64,000 bases of DNA, taken from Heteronotia binoei. Its lineage: Eukaryota. Position numbers and translations under genes: made by a program. Below are positions 13,120-21,170 of this stretch, in pieces (position 1 is the first letter of the stretch; every line of letters begins with the position of its first letter). The notes under the pieces are model-generated. The model was not told the origin of the DNA and made no database searches. It saw only the letters and a program-made list of their open reading frames with translations. Location: positions 25,668,001-25,732,000 of the forward strand of contig NC_083233.1 of assembly GCF_032191835.1 (NCBI RefSeq). The letters are read 5' to 3'.

Positions 13120-13461
13120 TAGGTGAGCAGTGGCACCTTTAAGACCAACCAAAGTTTATTCAAAGTACGAGCGTTCATGTGAACACACACTTCTTCAGCT
13201 ATGTCGAAATGGAAGCTAACATTTCATACATATATATAGGCAGATTTCTGAAACTGTAAGGGACAGGAAGATGGTAAAGGTGGGAAGGGATCTTCTGTGG
13301 TCTCTTTCCATGCCTTCAGGAGTAAAATTGACCACTGTTATCTAATGATGATGTCTTCTCTCCTCTAAGACTGGCAAAAGTTTATTCAAGGTATGAACTT
13401 TCATATGCACGCACATTTCTTCAGATACATAGAAAGAGAAGCTAATATATATATAGGCAGA
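13120..13461 (-). mobile_element. Two diverged tandem Penelope-like pseudo-LTR fragments
   Basis: The block AAGAC..AAGTTTATTCAA.GTA.GA.C.TTCAT.TG.AC.CACA.TTCTTCAG...TATATATAGGCAGAT is repeated at ~13141-13246 and ~13366-13461. Each copy holds a hammerhead-like core on the minus strand, typical of Penelope termini. Confidence 0.65.
13391..13428 (-). ncRNA. Minimal type I hammerhead ribozyme motif (Penelope-associated)
   Basis: Minus strand reads GUAU-CUGAAGA-aAUGUGCguGCAUAU-GAAA-GU-UC-AUAC. Both catalytic boxes are intact, stem I is GUAU/AUAC, stem II is present, and stem III is a short palindrome (AGUU, pairable in a dimer). Confidence 0.65.
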
Positions 13462-13498
13462 TGCCTCTAGATAGGTGAACAGCAAATTAGCATACAGC

Positions 13499-13699
13499 CA
13501 GGGCTTTTTTTTTTGAGCAGGAACACACAGGAACGCAGTTCCGGCTGGCTTGGTGTCAGGGGGTGTGGCCTAATATGCAAATAAGGCCCCAGTGGGCTTT
13601 TCCTACAAAAGGCCCATGTGATATAAAGGTGGTGTCAGGGGGTGTGGCCTAATATGCAAATCAGTTCCTGCTGGGCTTTTTCTGCAAAAAAAAGCCCTC
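13499..13699. mobile_element. hAT-type MITE (CAGGGCTTTTT family)
   Basis: TIRs CAGGGCTTTTTT / AAAAAAGCCCTC; perfect 8-bp TSD CATACAGC (13491-13498, 13700-13707). Confidence 0.85.
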
Positions 13700-15497
13700 C
13701 ATACAGCTCAATGAAGATGTTTTGACATATGCAAAGATGAACTAGCGATATCAAGCTAAGGTTATAGGTCACAATTTGTTGGGATTTATTTACAGGGAAA
13801 AAACAGTGGAACAATAAATATGTCAACGTAGGAGGCAAATGTGGAAAGTATCTTTCTCAATTGTTAAGAGTGCTAAGAGAGTTAGACGTTTAAGCCCGTT
13901 GATGTCAATAGACTTAGAAGGGTATAAGTCTGCTTATGATGTCATGGTTAGTTTTATTAAAATTCACTTATTGCAAAATTCTGCAGATGTTTCACCCAAG
14001 CAGAAGTCTTCAAGTGCACATCAAATGTCATAATCAGATGTGGGGACAATTGACAAATATGCAGATTGCTCCCTACATCTGGAATTTTTGCTGGTCAAAT
14101 TGACATTTCTGACTGAAAAAGAGTAGTACTTGAACGATACAATTTTTTTAAAAAAACTATTGGTTTGTTCCCATATCGTGGATTGATTGTGAGTCTGGAG
14201 GTACTTTTGTTTTTTTAAAAAAGAAAAAAATGAAAAAAATGTGTGTGTGTGTATGAAATCTATGTGGGAGTTAGCTCTCCATTGGCAACATGCTTCATGC
14301 TGTCTTCCTGCCAAGAACCCATTAAAGATGAGCTCAGAAAAATTCCCAGCTGTCTTTGCTCAACATCTAGCACACAAAGGAAGGAGCCCCTCCACTGAAA
14401 TGTGCGTTGTGGGAAGTTCTAACATGTTAATAAAGCGTTTGGTTCAAAAGCCCTGTGTGGCTGCTTGCAGGGCCTGAAATAACTCCAGGTCCTGATATTT
14501 TAATTAATTCCATTATGATGAAGCTGTCTCTGCTGTTCGTGTCTAATTTCCTGGCTTTTGTGTTCCCGATTTGCTTCTAATGAATGTGCAGCTCCCCCTT
14601 GTCCCTTTCCCCTAATCCGATGATACGATCGCATCTTTGATCCATCTGGTTTTTAATTTATTTTCCCCCTTGTTACATGAGATTTCTTTCCTCTTCTCTC
14701 CCCGCCCCCACCAATGTCAAGACAACAGTTTGACTTCTGCTCATCCAAGATGTGTTTATACAATCTGTTCCAATTTGGGCCACTTTCACGTTCTGCTTAA
14801 TGGCGCTCCTGTGAATTTGTACATGTGCCTGCTTTGTAGTGGTGCTATGCTTGACCACTGATTATCTAAGCAAGTTTTGCAAAATGCTTTATAGTCTTTC
14901 TTGTATTCCCTTTCTCAGCATCATTTTGAGGCGGGTCACTGATGCTATGAGCCGCACTGCTGTCTCCTTTTCTGCTAAATTGCCCTTCCCTTTGGTTTTA
15001 GTGTGCCTTGGTTCTTGATTAGTAACCATGGACCCTCACAGGCAACTGAATGCAATGAATCCTTTTCGCTAAAGATTTGAGTCCAGCCTGTATCCTAAGT
15101 AGCATGAGCAAATCACATTAGAGCCCTGCATAGAACCTAAGTAGCATGAGCAAGTCTTTCTGTGTCTCCCACAACTGTGCTCTGGTGGGACAGTGGGCCC
15201 CCAGGAAGAGTGTGAAGGAGAAAATGGGGGATCTGCAGTGAAAGAGGAATTGGCTGAAACCCCTTCTTCTTCTCCATCCATGTAAATGCTGTTCTTTCAG
15301 CAAAAATGTTATGCTGATGGAAGGTCGATTTAGGGGCCAAGTCAAGGTTTTGTATATTGAACATGAACATATGAAGCTGCCTTATACTGAATCAGACCCT
15401 TGGTCCATCAAAGTCAGTATTGTCTACTAAGACTGGCAGTGGCTCTCCAGGGTCTCAAGCTGAGGTTTTTCACACCTGCTTGCCTGGACCCCTTTTT

Positions 15498-16649
15498 TCC
15501 CCCAAGTTTAATTTTTTTTATTAATTAATAAAAACACAATTCTACAAACATCAACTATAACAATAACAATATCTATAACACAAGCCATCCTGTTTTGTAT
15601 ATGATATACAGAGTAAATATCTAGTAAAAAGCAAAATCTAAGTATTTATCCGGTAATTTACAAAGTGCACTTTGGTCAGCTTGTACAAAGGCAAAAAAAA
15701 TGAAACCATTTCTCTATAAACATATTCTTGTCACTTCCTTTGTCAAATGCTTCTGAATTTTGTATAGAACCAGCTATTTTATCCATCACTATTAGGTCCC
15801 AAATTTTAAGAAACTATTTACGTTTAGATGGTAGAACTGAAGCTTTCCACTGATGAGCTATTAATAATTTTGCTGCTAAAATAAGCATAGATGCCAATTC
15901 TTTCTTATGTTTTGGTATTTCCGAATTATTCCATAGGTTAAGCAATATTGATTCAGGGGAGAAGGGCACCTTATGATTTATAATATGTTCAATCGTGGGT
16001 AACATTTTCTTCCAGAATTCCAAAACAACAGGACATTCCCACCAACAGTGGATAAATGAGCCAATATGGCCGCACCCTCTCCAACAGTTAGCATCTTTGG
16101 ATCTTTTAGAATAAAAAATTTGCAGTGGTGTCAAGTACCATCTGGAGTAAATCTTAAAATTTTGTAGCCACAAATTCAATATAGGGGTGTGGTATAAAGA
16201 TGATGGCCAGATGCTTGACCAATTTTCTATTGTAATTTTAGTCCCACAATCCTTATCCCAAGCTTTTACTATTGAGCTTTCTATATTTATTTTAAAGTTA
16301 CTTAGTTCTTTATAGATAATCGCAGTTTTTCCCTTGAGTTTAGGTTCCGGGTCCGTCATGGCTTCTTCAAAGGTTTTTAAAGGTCTATTCAACTGGGACA
16401 AAATATTTGGGTTGTGTAATAAATGCTGTACCTGGTTGTGTTGCATCCAGTTGGCCTTAAGATGGAATTTTCTTTCTAAATTTTTAACCGATCTCATTAA
16501 GTTATTTATAATTAAATGTTTGAATCTAAAAATACCTGCCTCTCTCCAGTTCTTAAAGCTTGCTTTTTCCTTTGCAGCTGGAAACCAATCTTGCCCCAAA
16601 AATACTGTTGCTGGGGAAGGATGAGGCGCTAGTATATTCCTATATTTGG
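15498..16649 (-). mobile_element. 5'-truncated L1-clade LINE
   Basis: A-rich tail on the minus strand at ~15500-15545; TSD TGGACCC(C)TTTTT at 15485-15497 and 16650-16661; minus-strand target CT/AAAAA fits L1 endonuclease preference. Confidence 0.85.
15640..16599 (-). pseudogene. L1-clade ORF2 C-terminal region (RT-associated zinc-binding domain), decayed
   Basis: ORF 15814-16599 has FKIYSRWYLTP and CWRGCGHIGSFIHCWWECP (CCHC) plus AAKLLIAHQWK. The same frame continues after two adjacent stops as FLKIWDLIVMDKI...FIEKWF. Confidence 0.85.
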
Positions 16650-17173
16650 TGGACCCTTTTTAGTTGGAGATGCCGAGGATTGAACCTGGGACCTTCTGCT
16701 TACCAAGCAGATGCTCTACAAAGATAAAATATATGTGCATGTGGAAAATGCACGTCATCAGTATAGAAAAAGCAAAGGAGTCTTAGCTTTACTTATTTTG
16801 TTCCCTAATGGTTGGAATTTTTGCTCACCAGAGTTAGGGTGACCATAATGTCTGAAGGCCAGCCAGGGACACCTGGGGTGGGGTGGGGGGAAGGTAGGGG
16901 TGCGTGCGCGCGAAGCACGCGTGCCGCCGGAAACAGGAAGTGACGTCACTTCCGGTGATGTCATGCCACCGCAGGAAACAGGAAGTGGCACCACTTCCTG
17001 TGACATCATTTCCCCGCGTCACCTGCCGGAAATGGGAAGTGACATCACTTCCTGTGACATCACTTCCCCCAAATGACATCATTTCCCCCAAATGCCACTG
17101 CCGGAAACAGGAAGTGACTTCACAGCACTTCCTGTGACGTCCCCAAAAATCCCCCAAATATCACCGCTGGAAA

Positions 17174-18081
17174 CAATTTTGTTCTCAAATCCTGTATATA
17201 CTTCATCAGTATATGGGATAAGGCACTTTCTCAACTGTGCTGCATAATGCAGCCTATTTATTTTGTCCTGTTTGCTCTGTTGGCTCTATCTGCGCCACCT
17301 TCATCACTTTCGGGGTGTGGATCCCCCAGTGGGGTGGTCTCCCGACTCCCTCCGCCGGCTGTTTCTGATAGCCCTGCGCCCCCTCTTTCATTTGATATGT
17401 GTCCCGTGCGGGTGCCACCCTCCCGCCAGGAGATGCCGCAAAATGAGCCCCCTTGAGGCTTATGGCGGCAGGGCTCGGGGGAAGCAAGCTAGACTGTTGT
17501 TCTTTTGAGGGGTTATAGAGTGTTTCGAGCCCGTCCCTGTGGCATCGGTCCCATCGTTGTGGGACCCAGGGGGCCGGCGCAGCGGCATGCCGAAGCAGCC
17601 TGTCACTAATAACACAGGTCGAGATGCAGGACAGGAACCCGGAAGTGACCGACAGGCTGCTTCAGCGTGCCGCTGCGCCGGCCCCCTGGGCCCCACAACG
17701 ATGGGACCGATGCCACAGGGACGCGCTCGAAACACTCTATGACCCCTCAAAAGAACAGCAGTCTAGCTCGCTTCCCCCGAGCCCTGCCGCCATAAGCCTC
17801 AAGGGGGCTCATTTTGCGGCATCTCCTGGCGGGAGGGTGGCATCCACACGGGACACATATCAAATGAAAGAGGGGGCGCAGGGCTATCAGAAACAGCCGG
17901 CGGAGGGAGTCGGGAGACCACCCCACTGGGGGATCCACACCCCGAAAGTGATGAAGGTGGCGCAGATAGAGCCAACAGAGCAAACAGGACAAAATAAATA
18001 GGCTGCATTATGCAGCACAGTTGAGAAAGTGCCTTATCCCATATACTGATGAAGTAAATACAGGATCTGAGAACAAAATTG
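17174..18081. repeat. Long inverted repeat (~431-bp arms, 46-bp spacer)
   Basis: 17174-17604 is the reverse complement of 17651-18081 with ~11 mismatches counted by eye (~97%). It produces mirrored ORFs in the ORF track. Confidence 0.95.
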
Positions 18082-18091
18082 CACCAGAAGA

Positions 18092-18431
18092 CACAAACAC
18101 AAAGCTCCCTTACACTGAATCAGTGCTTGGGTCCACCAAAGTCAGTATTGTCTACTCCAGTCACAAACACAAAGCTCCCTTACACTGAATCAGTGCTTGG
18201 GTCCACCAAAGTCAGTATTGTACACTCCAGTCACAAACACAAAGCTCCCTTACACTGAATCAGTGCTTGGGTCCACCAAAGTCAGTATTGTCTACTCCAG
18301 TCACAAACACAAAGCTCCCTTACACTGAATCAGTGCTTGGGTCCACCAAAGTCAGTATTGTCCACTCCAGTCACAAACACAAAGCTCCCTTACACTGAAT
18401 CAGTGCTTGGGTCCACCAAAGTCAGTATTGT
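18092..18431 (-). repeat. Tandem array, 70-bp unit x ~4.9, derived from a Squam2-like SINE 3' tail
   Basis: CACAAACACAAAGCTCCCTTACACTGAATCAGTGCTTGGGTCCACCAAAGTCAGTATTGTCTACTCCAGT starts at 18092, 18162, 18232, 18302 and 18372. Homologous to 15375-15428. Confidence 0.9.
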
Positions 18432-18672
18432 CACATAAGAACATAAGAGAAGCCCTGTTGGATCAGGCCAGTGGCCCATCCAGTCCAACACTCTGCGTCA
18501 CATAAGAACATAAGAGAAGCCCTGTTGGATCAGGCCAGTGGCCCATCCAGTCCAACACTCTGTGTCACATAAGACCATAAGAGAAGCCCAGTTGGATCAG
18601 GCCAATGGCCCATCCAGTCCAACACTCTGTGTCACATAAGAACATAAGAGAAGCCCTGTTGGATCAGGCCAG
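18432..18672 (-). repeat. Tandem array, 67-bp unit x ~3.6, derived from the CR1 (TTCTTATG) 3' end; runs into the gap
   Basis: CACATAAGAACATAAGAGAAGCCCTGTTGGATCAGGCCAGTGGCCCATCCAGTCCAACACTCTGYGT starts at 18432, 18499, 18566 and 18633. Confidence 0.9.
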
Positions 18673-19191
18673 NNNNNNNNNNNNNNNNNNNNNNNNNNNN
18701 NNNNNNNNNNNNNNNNNNNNNNNNNNNNNNNNNNNNNNNNNNNNNNNNNNNNNNNNNNNNNNNNNNNNNNNNNNNNNNNNNNNNNNNNNNNNNNNNNNNN
18801 NNNNNNNNNNNNNNNNNNNNNNNNNNNNNNNNNNNNNNNNNNNNNNNNNNNNNNNNNNNNNNNNNNNNNNNNNNNNNNNNNNNNNNNNNNNNNNNNNNNN
18901 NNNNNNNNNNNNNNNNNNNNNNNNNNNNNNNNNNNNNNNNNNNNNNNNNNNNNNNNNNNNNNNNNNNNNNNNNNNNNNNNNNNNNNNNNNNNNNNNNNNN
19001 NNNNNNNNNNNNNNNNNNNNNNNNNNNNNNNNNNNNNNNNNNNNNNNNNNNNNNNNNNNNNNNNNNNNNNNNNNNNNNNNNNNNNNNNNNNNNNNNNNNN
19101 NNNNNNNNNNNNNNNNNNNNNNNNNNNNNNNNNNNNNNNNNNNNNNNNNNNNNNNNNNNNNNNNNNNNNNNNNNNNNNNNNNNNNNNNNNN
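18673..19191. other. Assembly gap (519 N)
   Basis: Run of N. Confidence 1.
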
Positions 19192-19339
19192 CCGCCAGCC
19201 GCCCCCCTCTCTGCCAGCCGCCCCCCCTCCGCCAGCCGCCCCCCCTGCTTTCGGCTTATCTTGATCCAGGGCGGTGGCGGCCTCTCCTCCGGGCTGCTGG
19301 CGGGGCTGGCGGCGGCTGCGGCGGCTGGGAAGGTGGCGG

Positions 19340-20860
19340 AGAGGCCGGCGCTGGTCTCTGGAGGGCCTCCAGGGACCAGCGCTGGCCTCTCCGCGTCCTT
19401 TGCTGGCCTCTGGAGGCCCTCCAGGGACCCGCGGGAGCCTCTCTGCTGCCTCCGCGGGCCTCTAGAGGGCCTCCAGGGACCCGCGGGGGCCTCTCCGCTG
19501 CCTCCACGGGCCTCTGGAGGCCCTCCAGGGACCTGCGGGGGCCTCTCCACTGCCTCCGCGGGCCTCTGGAGGCCCTCCAGGGACTCGCGGGGGCCTCTCC
19601 GCTGCCTCCGTGGGCCTCTAGAGGGCCTCCAGGGACCCGCGGGGGCCTCTCCGCTGCCTCCACGGGCCTCTGGAGGCCCTCCAGGGACCCGCGGGGGCCT
19701 CTCCGCTGCCTCCGCGGGCCTCTGGAGGCCCTCCAGGGACCCGCGGGGGCCTCTCCGCTGCCTCCGCGGGCCTCTGGAGGGCCTCCAGGGACCCGCGGGG
19801 CATCTCCGCTGCCTCCACGGGCCTCTGGAGGCCCTCCAGGGATCCGTGGGGGCCTCTCCGCTGCCTCCGTGGGCCTCTGGAGGGCCTCCAGGGACCCGCG
19901 GGGGCCTCTCCGCTGCCTAGGGTTGCCAAGTCCAATTAAAGAAAAATCTGGGGACTTTGGGGGCGGAGCCAGGAGACTTTGGGGGTGGAGCCAGGAGACA
20001 CTGGGGGTGGAGCCAGGAACAAGGGTGTGACAAGCATAATTGAACTCCAAGGGAGTTCTGGCCATCACATTTAAAGGGACAGCTCACCTTTTTAAATGCC
20101 TTTCTTCCATAGGAAATAATTAAGGATAGGGGCACCATCTTTTGGGGCTCATAGAATTGGACCCTCTGGTCCAATCGTTTTGAAACTTGGGGGCTATTTT
20201 GGGGAGAGGCACTAGATGCTATACTAAAAATCTGGTGCCTCTACCTCAAAAAATAGCCCCCCCAGAGCCCCCAATACCCACGTATCAATTCCCTATTATT
20301 CCCTATGGGAATCATTCTCCATAGGGAATAATAGAGTGCCCAGTAGACATTTCCCTCCCCCCCACGCTTTCTAAAGGGGGGGAGGGCCTCCATACGAGGG
20401 AGTCCCCCTCCCTGCCCCCTCCCTCTCTCTCACACACACACACACAAATACTTACTTGGTCTTCTTCCGGAGAACTGTGCCTGCTGTGAAAACGAAAGCA
20501 AAGAAGGGAGGGGCCGTTCTCCGAAGCCCTTCCTGTTTCCTCCTTCCTGCCCAGCCTTAAAGGGACAGGGATTTTACAAACTGCTCAGGAGCTCTATAGG
20601 TATGTTCTCCCCCCCTCCACCCCCCCACCCCCCGGTTCTCAATTTTTGAAGACCGGGAGATTAAGCTGGGAACCCAGAAGTCTCCCGCTAAAGCGGGGGG
20701 ATTGGGACCCCTACCGCTGCCTCCACGGGCCTCTGGAGGCCCTCCAGGGGCCCGCGGGGGCCTCTCCACTGCCTCCGCGGGCCTCTAGAGGGCCTCCAGG
20801 GACCCGGGGAGGCCTCTCCGCTGCCTCCACGGGCCTCTAGAGGGCCTCCAGGGACCCGCG
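19340..20860. repeat. GC-rich 52-bp minisatellite (~11 copies 19340-19917, ~3 more 20714-20860), split by a nested hAT
   Basis: CAGGGAC recurs at 19370, 19422, 19474, 19526, 19578, 19630, 19682, 19734, 19786, 19837 and 19889. The unit contains the near-palindrome CTGGAGGCCCTCCAG. Confidence 0.92.
19918..20713 (+). mobile_element. Nested ~796-bp non-autonomous hAT (TAGGGTTGCCA family)
   Basis: Ends TAGGGTTGCCAA / TTGGGACCCCTA; perfect 8-bp TSD CCGCTGCC (19910-19917, 20714-20721). Colinear with the inverted copy at 35953-36753. Confidence 0.9.
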
Positions 20861-21075
20861 GCGGCCGCGGAGAGGCCTTCGCTGGTCGGCGCTGGTCGCT
20901 GGAGGCCCTCCAGAGTCTCTGGAAGGCCTCCCGGCACCAGCGCTGGCTGCTCCGCGGCCTCTCCGCGGCCTCCGCTGGTCGCTGGAGGCCCTCCAGAGTC
21001 TCTGAAGGGCTTCCAGCGACCAGCGGAGTCTGCGGAGAGGCCTCCGCCACCGCCGCCGGGCCCCGCGCGCGGGCG

Positions 21076-21170
21076 GGGAAGGCGGCGAGTGAGGGAGGGA
21101 GCGTCCCTGCGCGTGCGCAGGGGCCCTGCGCACGCGCAGGGACGCTCCCTCCCTCACTCGCCGCCTTCCC
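21076..21170. repeat. Perfect 95-bp GC-rich palindrome (47-bp arms, 1-nt centre)
   Basis: GGGAAGGCGGCGAGTGAGGGAGGGAGCGTCCCTGCGCGTGCGCAGGG-G-CCCTGCGCACGCGCAGGGACGCTCCCTCCCTCACTCGCCGCCTTCCC. Confidence 0.95.

Larger units (their letters stand above)
15361..16720 (-). mobile_element. Squam2-like tRNA SINE split in two (15361-15497 and 16650-16720) by an L1 insertion
   Basis: 3' part GAAGCTGCCTTATACTGAATCAGACCCTTGGTCCATC and 5' part GGAGATGCCGAGGATTGAACCTGGGACCTTCTGC join into the same SINE seen intact at 39068-39245. Confidence 0.8.

Noticed and set aside
17247-18008. Paired ORFs (e.g. 17247-17456 + and 17799-18008 -)
   Set aside because: They are mirror images produced by the long inverted repeat; no recognisable protein.
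18092-18672. CRISPR-like array
   Set aside because: Units are contiguous with no unique spacers, derive from SINE/CR1 tails, and the context is vertebrate with no cas genes.
18597-19550. ORFs of 219-317 aa
   Set aside because: They run through the N gap.
19256-20068. Long 219-270 aa ORFs
   Set aside because: Translation of a stop-poor GC-rich 52-bp minisatellite; repetitive low-complexity peptides.
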